Positions 9,571 through 18,239 of a stretch of 64,000 nucleotides of DNA are shown in pieces; within the stretch, counting starts at the first letter, position 1; every line of letters starts with the position of its first letter. The DNA comes from Bacteriovorax sp. (lineage in GTDB: Bacteria; Bdellovibrionota; Bacteriovoracia; Bacteriovoracales; Bacteriovoracaceae): positions 666-64,665 of the forward strand of contig JBEIPV010000002.1 in NCBI GenBank assembly GCA_040376855.1, read 5' to 3'. A program made the translations under genes and the position numbers. Under the pieces are notes generated by a model that had not been told where the DNA came from, ran no database searches, and saw nothing but the letters and a program-made list of their open reading frames with translations.

Positions 9571-11040
9571 CTAGCTATATGACCCATCAATCATCCCGGC
9601 CGACAGTAATAATTCATAGGCCGATGTCGAACAATAAACATTCGGGATAAAGTTATTGCTGTTAAAAAGCTTGGAAATCAGTGAATTCTCGACTTCTGCC
9701 ATCAGTTTAATTTCCCCGTTCTCCATTGAAATCTTCACCGGATCACGATCCAGGAGTACGTTTGATAGCTGGGCCGAAGAGTTCTTAGCGACGTTCTTGG
9801 GCGACTTAACAAACATTATTGATTTTTTCGGAATATCGGTAATGATCCAGTCAGCTGGTCCACCTTTCTTTTCTAAGAATTCTTTGATCTCGGCCGCTTT
9901 AGCATGGGCCTTTTTATAGTACTTTTCCACGGCCGCTGGGTCATCCTGAGAAAGCAGTCTTGATTTAAACTCCTCACAACGAATGGCCTTTCCACCAGTC
10001 GCTAAAAGAATCACCTTCGCCATATCTTTCATCTTAGGATTTTTATCGAAATCGCCATTTTGAAAATGCGTGTGAAGCGTTGTCATGAAATAAGCATCAT
10101 TGAAACTGTAAAACTTCATCGGATCATTGGCGATCATATCTAAAAGCTCACTGTACTTATAAAGCCAGCCTTTCTCCAACATGAAAGCGCAAATTCTCTC
10201 GGCGATAGAATCATACTTTGCTCCACGAGGTGAGCGCACAACTTGTGAGTACCAAGAAAATCTCGACGTCAAAAAGTCTTCCACGCAATAAAGAGCGTTG
10301 TGCCTGATCGTTAAAATATCGTGGTTATCAACACGCTTAATCTGGAAGTGATGAAGTAAATAGTCGCGGTCATATGAACCGTAACTTAAACCAGTGTAAT
10401 GGGCATCACGAAGAAGATAGTCCATACGATCGCAGTCAACTTCAGAGTGCAGGATCTGGTTAGCAAGAATAGACTCATCTACTCCTTTCACAAGATCGGA
10501 AATTTTCTGTGGAGAGATCCCATATTTTTTTAGAACATAGGTAATCCCACCTGGGTAATCGGTATTTTTAATAATGTAGGCACCAAGATTTTCATGATCG
10601 TCCGGAAGTTTTTTTCCGTTTTTTAAATTCGTCGTCTCACCATACTCGATATAAGCACCCTCAGTCGTGTGAGAGAACATAAACGTTCCAAGGTCATGCA
10701 TTAGAGCACCTAAGCGCAGACTCTTGTGATAAAGGCACTCTGGAGTCAAGCAAGATGCATCCATTAAATCTTTTTCAGAAACGGCACGCCCTACAGACTC
10801 TAAAATTTTATGAGCATTAAACATAACTCCGATCGAGTGATGAAAACGCGAATGTTCTGCACCTGGAAAAACGTAACAAGAAAAACCAAGTTGCTTGATC
10901 CATCTTAGACGCTGATAAAAAGGTGAAGAGATGATTTCCCATTCGATTGGATTGAGTTTGATGAATCCATAGATAGGGTCATAAATGACGTGATTTTTTT
11001 GAGCTGGTGCCGCAGGGGCTGCTTGAGTTGGTACTTCCAT
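9571..11040 (-). CDS. HD-domain phosphohydrolase, SAMHD1-like dNTPase family
   Basis: DPIYG, QRLRWIKQLG..VFPGAEHSRFHHSIG, MHDLG, DCDRMDYLLRD. Confidence 0.9.
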   Translation of the reverse strand: MEVPTQAAPAAPAQKNHVIYDPIYGFIKLNPIEWEIISSPFYQRLRWIKQLGFSCYVFPGAEHSRFHHSIGVMFNAHKILESVGRAVSEKDLMDASCLTPECLYHKSLRLGALMHDLGTFMFSHTTEGAYIEYGETTNLKNGKKLPDDHENLGAYIIKNTDYPGGITYVLKKYGISPQKISDLVKGVDESILANQILHSEVDCDRMDYLLRDAHYTGLSYGSYDRDYLLHHFQIKRVDNHDILTIRHNALYCVEDFLTSRFSWYSQVVRSPRGAKYDSIAERICAFMLEKGWLYKYSELLDMIANDPMKFYSFNDAYFMTTLHTHFQNGDFDKNPKMKDMAKVILLATGGKAIRCEEFKSRLLSQDDPAAVEKYYKKAHAKAAEIKEFLEKKGGPADWIITDIPKKSIMFVKSPKNVAKNSSAQLSNVLLDRDPVKISMENGEIKLMAEVENSLISKLFNSNNFIPNVYCSTSAYELLLSAGMIDGSYS

Positions 11041-11070
11041 GTTCAACTTCTCTATAGCTTTTTAGGCTAG

Positions 11071-11103
11071 AAAAAAAAGGCCCACACTTCAATGTGCAGG
11101 CCT
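11071..11103 (-). terminator. Rho-independent terminator after the 74-aa gene
   Basis: Imperfect stem AGGCC...GGCCT next to an A8 run (U8 on the minus strand). Confidence 0.65.
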
Positions 11104-11116
11104 ATAGATTAATTAA

Positions 11117-11341
11117 TTAGTGTAGGTTCTTTTTGTTAAGAGCTTTTGTCTCTTTTTTCTTTTTCTTAACTGTGATCATAACTTTTTGTTGAATCAACTC
11201 AAGCATGATCTTAGCTTCTCTTCTTAGATCGTTATCATTTACGAAGCGATAAAAGTTCTCAATATCGATTGCAGTTCTAAAGTTTCTTGGCGTTTTCGGG
11301 CCTTCAACAACTGCTTCTGTTTCTGTATTTACTGTAGACAT
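11117..11341 (-). CDS. Small hypothetical protein with Lys-rich C-terminus
   Basis: GGAGG RBS, own promoter-like hexamers upstream and terminator downstream. Confidence 0.85.
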   Translation of the reverse strand: MSTVNTETEAVVEGPKTPRNFRTAIDIENFYRFVNDNDLRREAKIMLELIQQKVMITVKKKKKETKALNKKNLH

Positions 11342-11363
11342 ATAGTATCCTCCGACTTTTTCA

Positions 11364-11392
11364 ATATTACTTTTTTAGCAATGCAATTACAA
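11364..11392 (-). promoter_or_regulatory. Putative sigma70 promoter TTGTAA-N17-TAATAT
   Basis: Minus-strand hexamers with exact 17-nt spacing upstream of 11341. Confidence 0.5.
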
Positions 11393-11417
11393 CTAATTAA
11401 GCTCTTAATAGAGAAGC

Positions 11418-12950
11418 TTAAGCTTCCTTATCAAACTCAACTCCGTAAGAGTGAAGCTTGTTGTATAGAGTCTTAACTGTAATTCCAAGAACTTTAGCAG
11501 TCTTAGTCTTGTTCCCACCAAGGTTTTCAAGTGTTCCCATGATGTGACCTTTTTCAAGTTCTTCTAGCGTTATGTGTTGAAAGTCTACTGCTTTCGCCAC
11601 AACTGGAGCTGCTACTACTTTTACTTCTGAAGCACACTGGATGTTTTGGTCCAGGTGAAGTTTTTCAATAATTGATCCTTCTGCAAGGATGAAAGCTCTC
11701 TCTACTACGTTTTGAAGTTCACGTACGTTTCCTGACCAGTTGAACTCTGTAAGGGCCTTGATAGCTCCTTGAGAGAAAGACTTTTGGTGTTCTTTCGACT
11801 TGTTCTGGTTAAGGAAAAAGTTTGCCATAACTTCGATATCTTCTTTTCTCTCTCTAAGAGCTGGTGCTTTTAACACTACAGTACTTAGTGCGAAGTATAG
11901 TTCTTCTCTGAATTTTCCTTCACGTACTAGATCCATAAGATCTTTTGTTGAAGCAGAGATTAGTCTTACGTCTGACTTAAAGAAACCATTGCTTTCTGCT
12001 TTAACACCCATTTTATTTGTAACAAAGTTCATAAGTTTGTTTTGGATAGCTGGAGTCATCTTTTCAATTGAGTTGATGAAAAGTGATCCAAAGTTTGCTA
12101 CTTCAAGCATACCAAGTTGACCTTCAGTTCCGAACATTTCACGGTCAAGAGCAGCTTCGTTCATTGTAGAACAGTCGATTGTTACGAATGCTCTGTCACG
12201 ACGGTGTGATCTGCAGTGAATACGACGAGCGATCATTTCTTTACCAGTAGCTGCTTCACCCATGATGAAAGAGTTAATTTCTTTATCAGCGATACGGTCA
12301 ACTAGAGCAAGAAGGTCTTTCATTGCAGGAGATCTACCGATGATTTCCTTTTCAATAATTCTGAAAGAGTCTTGAATCTTCACACCTGAGCGTGATTCTT
12401 GAAGTTCTTTTTCTTTAAGTTCAATTGTTCTTAAAAGTGCTTCGTTTAAGTGTTTAGCTGCAAGGTACATTTTCATGTTTTGGATTGGAGCTTTAAGGTC
12501 AGATAACACTGCCATTCCAAAAGTCATGTCTTCTCTTGTGAACTCACGAGAGTTATCTAGCATTTGGCAGTGAATTGATCCAATAACTACACCGTCAGCT
12601 GAAATTGGAAGACAGATTTCTGCCTTAATTCCTAATCCTGCTTCTCTTGCGAAAACTGGGTCTCTTTCTACTGTATTTGAAAAGTATCCTCTTTTTGTAC
12701 GAGCGATGTATCCTGGAGCTCCGATCCCCTTATCTAAAGTAAGACCGTTTAAAGCTGGGTGCCCATCTTCTGACATAAGAACTGAAGTTCCATTATCTAG
12801 GATTTTGAAGATTTGTACTTTGTGTGAGTTCATGTGAGCTTTAAAGAATGACCCGATTGAACAAAAGAAATGAGACTCATCTAAGCTTAAAAATAGAGTT
12901 GAAGATAGAGATTCTAGGTTTGCTTTGTTATTCATCATTGAGTTAGTCAT
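11418..12950 (-). CDS. GAF + degenerate sigma54-activator AAA+ + Fis HTH transcriptional regulator
   Basis: GAF region, GEAATGKEMIARRIH, FREELYFAL, WSGNVRELQN, C-terminal GNKTKTAKVLGITVKTLYNKL; CAGGAG RBS before ATG 12950. Confidence 0.9.
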   Translation of the reverse strand: MTNSMMNNKANLESLSSTLFLSLDESHFFCSIGSFFKAHMNSHKVQIFKILDNGTSVLMSEDGHPALNGLTLDKGIGAPGYIARTKRGYFSNTVERDPVFAREAGLGIKAEICLPISADGVVIGSIHCQMLDNSREFTREDMTFGMAVLSDLKAPIQNMKMYLAAKHLNEALLRTIELKEKELQESRSGVKIQDSFRIIEKEIIGRSPAMKDLLALVDRIADKEINSFIMGEAATGKEMIARRIHCRSHRRDRAFVTIDCSTMNEAALDREMFGTEGQLGMLEVANFGSLFINSIEKMTPAIQNKLMNFVTNKMGVKAESNGFFKSDVRLISASTKDLMDLVREGKFREELYFALSTVVLKAPALRERKEDIEVMANFFLNQNKSKEHQKSFSQGAIKALTEFNWSGNVRELQNVVERAFILAEGSIIEKLHLDQNIQCASEVKVVAAPVVAKAVDFQHITLEELEKGHIMGTLENLGGNKTKTAKVLGITVKTLYNKLHSYGVEFDKEA

Positions 12951-13003
12951 TGTAAAACTCCTGGACAATTTAGTGTTTAAAACTGCGTTGCGTTACTCAG
13001 TAA

Positions 13004-13032
13004 ATAATACACTGCGTCTGAATTTTTTACAA
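13004..13032 (-). promoter_or_regulatory. Putative sigma70 promoter TTGTAA-N17-TATTAT of the regulator gene
   Basis: Minus-strand hexamers with 17-nt spacer about 55 nt upstream of the ATG. Confidence 0.55.
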
Positions 13033-13064
13033 GACTAAAATACTCGGTTGTCTAAAAATTTTAC
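13016..13064. promoter_or_regulatory. Pair of 15-bp quasi-palindromic boxes (candidate operator)
   Basis: GTCTGAATTTTTTAC (13016-13030) and GTCTAAAAATTTTAC (13050-13064). Confidence 0.45.
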
Positions 13065-13080
13065 CTATTCCATGTGATTA

Positions 13081-14421
13081 CTAGAAGTTATACCACCTAG
13101 GACTTATACAATTCCCGAATCCAGCGGTAATGGCCCCTAGAATTCCCCCGTCACGGTCCATTATGTAGATATTTTGGTCGATCTTCACTCGAGATAAAAC
13201 TCGCTGGCTAGTAAAGGCGATAAACTCACCATCGTTACTATATGAAGGGTCTTCATTTGAGCCAAAGTCCTTCGTTAAGCGAGACAGCCCTTGGCCATCA
13301 GATGAGATCCTGAAGAGGTCAAAAGAGTTATCCAGCCATGAAGAAAAAACGATCTCTTTTCCATCTGGTGAAAACCTTGGAGTGGCATTGAACTGACCAA
13401 CGAAGCTGATTCTCTTTACATTAGATTCGGTCCCACGTGGGTCCATCGTATAGATCATGGCCTTTCCTGGTCTATCAGATAAGAAAGTCATAAGAGTTCC
13501 ATCTGCTGTAATAGAAGGGTCAACGTCAGCAGAGAAATGGTTCGTGATTTTTCTAAGTTCTTTAGAGTCCACATCCATTTCATAAATTTCAGCGTTTCCT
13601 GAAACTGTTAACGTAAGGGCGATTTTCTTTCCACCAGATAAAAAGACAGCTCCGGAGTTCACCCCTTCTCTATTAGATAGGATTGAAGCGCTTTTTGTTC
13701 TCATGTCCATCAGGTAAAGATCGTTATTTCTCTTTCCCTTAGCATTGCTAATAAGAGAGTAAACTAAATACCTTCCATCAGAAGACATTGATGGCGACAT
13801 AACAATCCCGCCATGGTTAGTAATTTGATTAACATTTTTACCGTCGAAATCCATCATATAGATTTCTTTTACCGTTTTTCTTCCTCTGGTATTTCTATCT
13901 GAAACGAAAACAATTTTTGAAGTAAAGATTGAGTTCTTACCTACTACATGTTTGTACACGGCATTTGCCATCTCATGACCAACGCGTCTGATACCAGCAA
14001 TCGTTGTCGTCATGCTGTTGTTATAAATTTGTTTTTTATTTTTAATATCTTCGAAAACAACCGTCACTTTCATGTTGTCGCCAGCAGCTTTATCAACTGT
14101 TGCTGTCCCTAGATAGCGCACTCCTTTAGAGTTCCAGTAATCATAATTTGTTGTTTGACGAAAAGCTGTATTATTAGGAGCGGCCTCTACTAGAAAGAAT
14201 TTCTTTTGGTAAAAAGAAAAATCGTTTCTCATCAGTTTTACTAATTCAGATGCTGCATTTTTTTGAGCGGCACTTAACCCGCCTCCAGTATAAGCGTCTT
14301 GAATTACCATTTTATCTTTTTCCAGCGTCGCTTCTCCAACGGCCACAATTGTTAAATTGTCGTCTTGAGCAAAAACAGCAACCTGAAACATAAGGGTAAA
14401 GATAACTAATAAACTTTTCAT
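13081..14421 (-). CDS. tolB: Tol-Pal beta-propeller protein TolB
   Basis: Signal peptide, SKIVFVSD, multiple PD40 repeats (PRFSPDGKEIVF, PSYSNDG); follows tolQRA. Confidence 0.93.
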   Translation of the reverse strand: MKSLLVIFTLMFQVAVFAQDDNLTIVAVGEATLEKDKMVIQDAYTGGGLSAAQKNAASELVKLMRNDFSFYQKKFFLVEAAPNNTAFRQTTNYDYWNSKGVRYLGTATVDKAAGDNMKVTVVFEDIKNKKQIYNNSMTTTIAGIRRVGHEMANAVYKHVVGKNSIFTSKIVFVSDRNTRGRKTVKEIYMMDFDGKNVNQITNHGGIVMSPSMSSDGRYLVYSLISNAKGKRNNDLYLMDMRTKSASILSNREGVNSGAVFLSGGKKIALTLTVSGNAEIYEMDVDSKELRKITNHFSADVDPSITADGTLMTFLSDRPGKAMIYTMDPRGTESNVKRISFVGQFNATPRFSPDGKEIVFSSWLDNSFDLFRISSDGQGLSRLTKDFGSNEDPSYSNDGEFIAFTSQRVLSRVKIDQNIYIMDRDGGILGAITAGFGNCISPRWYNF

Positions 14422-14429
14422 AAAACCTC

Positions 14430-15281
14430 TTATAAAGGGAAACCTAACAATATATCACCATTTTGAGCGCGCTTACCGAACTCTTCTTTAAGCGCGGGAA
14501 AAGGAGCAGCTGCTTTTACTGCATCCACTGCACGTTGATCATATTCAGTGTCACCACTAGATTGGTAAACAACTGCACGGGCCACTTCACCATTTGAATT
14601 AAGCCACACACGAACTCTGCATTTCAAATTTTTATCCATCAAGAAGCTTGGCAACTTCCAGTGAGGACGAACTAAATCAGGAAGTCTTGAAGCATAGGCC
14701 TGAAAAGCAGTTAAATCACCTGCTGCTCCATCACCGTACATCGCCGTTCCTTTACTCAGCTTATTTCCAGAAAGAACCAGATTTTTTAAAGCAGACTCTT
14801 TGTCACCATAAAGACCTTTTTCGGCCTTTTGTGTTCCTTCTGACTCAACTTTTTTATTTCCAATCGTCTTTAGTTTACTTAAGAAGTCTTTGCGCTTTTT
14901 AGCGGCCTGAGCTTCCTGGAAAGCTTCAGAAGTATCAGGAGTTTTATCAACAACTTTTGGTTCTTCTTTAGGCTCAACTTTCTCTACGACTTTTTCAGCT
15001 TCTTTTACGATCTCAGCTTTTTCTTCTTTTTGCGCTTCTTCTACGCCACTAGAAAGATTTTTTAATTCATTCAGGGTTTGAGTCGGCATGGCCACCATAT
15101 CAACACGAACCGAAGCCTGGATAAGTTCCAGGTTTTTTTCCTGCTGGGCCCTTTGAATATCAAAGGCCACTTTCCCACTGATAAGTGTGCAGGCAACCAA
15201 CGCAATATGGATGTACCCTGAACGTCTTAAGTAGAAGTTAAAAGCAGGATGATTGAATTTAGGTATTTCAAAAACTCTCAT
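14430..15281 (-). CDS. tolA: TolA / TonB C-terminal domain protein
   Basis: N-terminal TM with S...H motif (SGYIH), Glu/Lys-rich linker, C-terminal W.LP...SSGD..YDQRAVDAVK.AAPFP. Confidence 0.85.
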   Translation of the reverse strand: MRVFEIPKFNHPAFNFYLRRSGYIHIALVACTLISGKVAFDIQRAQQEKNLELIQASVRVDMVAMPTQTLNELKNLSSGVEEAQKEEKAEIVKEAEKVVEKVEPKEEPKVVDKTPDTSEAFQEAQAAKKRKDFLSKLKTIGNKKVESEGTQKAEKGLYGDKESALKNLVLSGNKLSKGTAMYGDGAAGDLTAFQAYASRLPDLVRPHWKLPSFLMDKNLKCRVRVWLNSNGEVARAVVYQSSGDTEYDQRAVDAVKAAAPFPALKEEFGKRAQNGDILLGFPL

Positions 15282-15697
15282 TATTTTTTATCTTCTGTCA
15301 CAGTCACAAGAGCGATTTTGTTAATTCCACCGCGTTTTAAAAACGACATAAGTTTTGCCACTTTTCCATAAGCTAAGCCAAAGTCAGCACGTAAGAAAAC
15401 TGTGTCTGTTTTATTTTCTTTAAATTGCTTCTGGATTTCCGGGATTAACTCCCCGATCAGCATCTTGTCTTTTCCTAAGTAGTAGTCTTCTGACTTACTA
15501 AGCGACAAGATAACCTGAGTTGCATTCAGATTGATGGGGTTAACTTCTTTTGTTTTAGGTAAATCAAGTTTGATCCCGTTTAACATTAAAGGTGCAGTTA
15601 CCATGAAGATAACTAAAAGCACGAGCATAACGTCGACTAGTGGAGTGACGTTGATGTCGGAAATAGCGCCTTTTTTCTTACCAGTATTAAATGCCAT
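15281..15697 (-). CDS. tolR: TolR/ExbD family protein
   Basis: INVTPLVDVMLVLLVIFMVTAP; LRAD..LAYGKV; start moved to ATG 15697 behind GAGG. Confidence 0.93.
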   Translation of the reverse strand: MAFNTGKKKGAISDINVTPLVDVMLVLLVIFMVTAPLMLNGIKLDLPKTKEVNPINLNATQVILSLSKSEDYYLGKDKMLIGELIPEIQKQFKENKTDTVFLRADFGLAYGKVAKLMSFLKRGGINKIALVTVTEDKK

Positions 15698-15707
15698 AGG
15701 TTCCTCG

Positions 15708-16406
15708 TTATTCGATGATAGATCTCTCAACAACGTTGATGAAATCCTGTCCAAAACTTTCCATCTCAGAATTCATTTTATCGTTAACTGAGTTGAAGTG
15801 GTTATAAAACCAAACAGCAGGAATAGCAGCAGCAAGACCAACAGCAGTTGCAACCAGGGCTTCCGCAATACCAGGAGCTACAGCGTCGATTGATCCACCA
15901 CCAGTCGCAAGCCCTGAGAAAGCATCAATAATACCCCAAACTGTTCCGAATAATCCTACGAATGGAGTAACAGATCCGATTGAAGCAAGTGTTGGAAGAA
16001 GTTTGCTTAGCTCATCATTAGTTTCGTTAGCACCTTTTTTCAATCCGCGCTCTAGTACACCCATTCCAAAATTCTGGAAGTGAAATGCAAGACCACTTTT
16101 TTGGTGTTGACCAGTGTAAGCTTCTTTCATCTTCACCAGTTCTTTGTAACCATTTGTGTATAAAGCTTTATAAGGTGAAAAAGGCATCATCTCAGCTTTA
16201 AGCATGATCTCTTTTAAGTTTTCTGTTGTTGAGTAAACTTCATAGAATTTTTTATTGTTTTCTTCAACTTCAGCAAAAAGCTTTTTCTTTTTTAAGATGA
16301 TCGCCCATGAATAAACTGAGGCCGCAATTAAAAGTCCTAATACAACTTTAACTACAAATCCTGAATGCCAAATAATGTTAAGAATATCTAATTTTGCGCC
16401 TTCCAC
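15708..16406 (-). CDS. tolQ: TolQ (MotA/TolQ/ExbB family)
   Basis: TPFVGLFGTVWGI, VAPGIAEALVATAVGLAAAIPA. Confidence 0.95.
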   Translation of the reverse strand: MEGAKLDILNIIWHSGFVVKVVLGLLIAASVYSWAIILKKKKLFAEVEENNKKFYEVYSTTENLKEIMLKAEMMPFSPYKALYTNGYKELVKMKEAYTGQHQKSGLAFHFQNFGMGVLERGLKKGANETNDELSKLLPTLASIGSVTPFVGLFGTVWGIIDAFSGLATGGGSIDAVAPGIAEALVATAVGLAAAIPAVWFYNHFNSVNDKMNSEMESFGQDFINVVERSIIE

Positions 16407-16485
16407 AGTTACTCCTGATGAAATAATGACAATTTTTTTTATGCCTACTTATCATAGACAATTTTTGATGAAAATTTAAGTGAAA

Positions 16486-17352
16486 TCAATCCCGATAGAT
16501 ATACTCTGGTTTCTTTTTCAGAGTGTATTGCAGATATCCGATAGCAAAAATGATTAAAATAAAAACTGAGGCCGTGCTAATTTTTTTTGATGCGGCCATT
16601 GGAGAATAGATCTCTCCCCAGACAGGATCTAATCCTAAAAGTGAGAAAGATGGGACAATAAAAGCAATTAAAAAGACCGCTGGAAGTGTCCAATTTTTTC
16701 TTCTCCACTCTCCTGAGTAAACTAAAAGAATAAAAAAGGCGTAAAGCTTAAGTGTAATGGTCTGCTCGTAAACAAAAGTTGCAGCAGTGAAAAAATAAAA
16801 AAGAAGTGGAAGGATAATCATGCGCTTTAAGCGCAGGTTTTCTTCGCGGACAGGATAAAAAACATCCAAAATAACCAATAAAACATAATCAACTGCAAAA
16901 AAGACAAATGAACCGACAATCGACAGCAAGAGCCTGTCGATTTCCACAATCATAGTGCTGTTAAATTTTATTTCCCCAAGACCAAGAAGCCCGATGATTA
17001 AAAATAAAAGTGTGACAATCACTTCAATTCTTGGCGTCTGGATACTGTTTCTAAAATAGCTCTTCAGCGAGAAAATCTTTTTTGTTTTAAGATTCACAAA
17101 TAACATGGCCAGATAAAACACAGAAACTTTAGACAAGATGATCAGTCCCCACCCTCTGTCTCCAATCCAGTCACCAATAGTCCTGATGTTGTGTTCCAGG
17201 AGTAAGTGAAAAAAAGAAATGAGAGAAATAAGAATCAAATGAAATCCCCATAACACTGCATAGAAAGCACAATAAAAGATCATCTGTTTTCCCAGATTAG
17301 ACTGGAGAAACTCAAGGATCTTATTGTAGTTATCTATCAGGCGAGTTTTCAT
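16486..17352 (-). CDS. Polytopic membrane protein (possible degenerate CPBP/Abi protease fold)
   Basis: About 8 hydrophobic segments; C-terminal WRRKNWTLPAVFLIAF..SFSLLGLDPVWG resembles a CPBP tail. Confidence 0.7.
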   Translation of the reverse strand: MKTRLIDNYNKILEFLQSNLGKQMIFYCAFYAVLWGFHLILISLISFFHLLLEHNIRTIGDWIGDRGWGLIILSKVSVFYLAMLFVNLKTKKIFSLKSYFRNSIQTPRIEVIVTLLFLIIGLLGLGEIKFNSTMIVEIDRLLLSIVGSFVFFAVDYVLLVILDVFYPVREENLRLKRMIILPLLFYFFTAATFVYEQTITLKLYAFFILLVYSGEWRRKNWTLPAVFLIAFIVPSFSLLGLDPVWGEIYSPMAASKKISTASVFILIIFAIGYLQYTLKKKPEYIYRD

Positions 17353-18239
17353 TAAAAACGGCTTGGTTTTGGTTTTAACCAGTTCATCTGCAATTCAGGT
17401 GAAGGATAGATCTGGTTATACTTTTTATAAAGCGCATTGGTTTTCGTTAACTGGTCTATTTTTTCCAATAGAGTCAGGTAAGTGTTCCACATCTTCATGT
17501 CGTTCTTTAAAAGTGTATCCATCTCAGTCGTTACTTCAAACTGCTCCTGGAAGCTAAAGCCTTTGACCAGTAAAACATTCGAGTACTTCTTTAAATGATC
17601 AGCAATCAGCTTTTTATCAAAAGGTTTCCCTGAAAAATTTGATCCCATGTAGGCCTCTAGTTCTTTAGAAGTCACATAGTTTTTAAAATACCCTTTTCTG
17701 GCACGCAGGAAGTCTTCAAAAAGAATCAATGAAATTTCAACTTTAGATAAGTCCAGCGTTCTGATAAATGGCAAAGATAAAATAAAAATATACTCTTTAT
17801 CATTTGTCGGAAGAGCAGCGTGGATCACTTCCGTTGAATCAACTAAAAGGATCTTAATCTTCTTTTCATAAATTCCTTGAGCTTCTAAAAGCGAGATAAA
17901 AGACTTCTCGATATCAAAGTCCGGCTTATGGAAATCCCATTTTAATGTCGTCGCATTTTTTACCAACCATAACTCTGAAAACATATTCCAGAACACGTCA
18001 GGGCCTGGCACGTTATAGCGCTTCATCTCCGAAAGCTTTTTCTTATCTAGTAAAACGCGCTTCTCTGTTTCTTTTTTTTGTAACTCACCTTCCAGACCAT
18101 CTTTTTTAATCAGGTCTTTAATAGATGAAAAATCAATCAGGTCTTTACCGGGTGCTTCAGTTTTAGCGGCCTCCGCTGAAAAGGCCTGCAGTGTACAAGC
18201 AGAAAAAACAACCAACGTTAAATATAATACATTTTTCAT
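17352..18239 (-). CDS. Secreted protein with degenerate peptidase M48-like fold
   Basis: Signal peptide from ATG 18239 (ATGA overlap); spacing of ILLVDS..IHAALP, EISLILFE, FSFQEQFE, YPSPELQ follows M48. Confidence 0.7.
   Translation of the reverse strand: MKNVLYLTLVVFSACTLQAFSAEAAKTEAPGKDLIDFSSIKDLIKKDGLEGELQKKETEKRVLLDKKKLSEMKRYNVPGPDVFWNMFSELWLVKNATTLKWDFHKPDFDIEKSFISLLEAQGIYEKKIKILLVDSTEVIHAALPTNDKEYIFILSLPFIRTLDLSKVEISLILFEDFLRARKGYFKNYVTSKELEAYMGSNFSGKPFDKKLIADHLKKYSNVLLVKGFSFQEQFEVTTEMDTLLKNDMKMWNTYLTLLEKIDQLTKTNALYKKYNQIYPSPELQMNWLKPKPSRF

Noticed and set aside
9548-9575. Possible sigma28 promoter upstream of ftsE (TCCGATCA on the minus strand)
   Set aside because: No acceptable -35 element at 15-16 nt spacing.
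9571-11040. HD protein as an antiphage dNTP-depletion system
   Set aside because: Housekeeping context with no defence-island neighbours; motifs fit the widespread SAMHD1-like family rather than defence dGTPases.
12951-13080. Sigma54 -24/-12 promoter near the enhancer-binding protein gene
   Set aside because: No TGGCAC-N5-TTGC match found; sigma70-like hexamers fit better.
15697-15754. N-terminal extensions in ORF-track calls (tolR 15754, 18290, holA 50229, envC 7934)
   Set aside because: They overlap upstream genes; downstream starts have an RBS or start/stop coupling.
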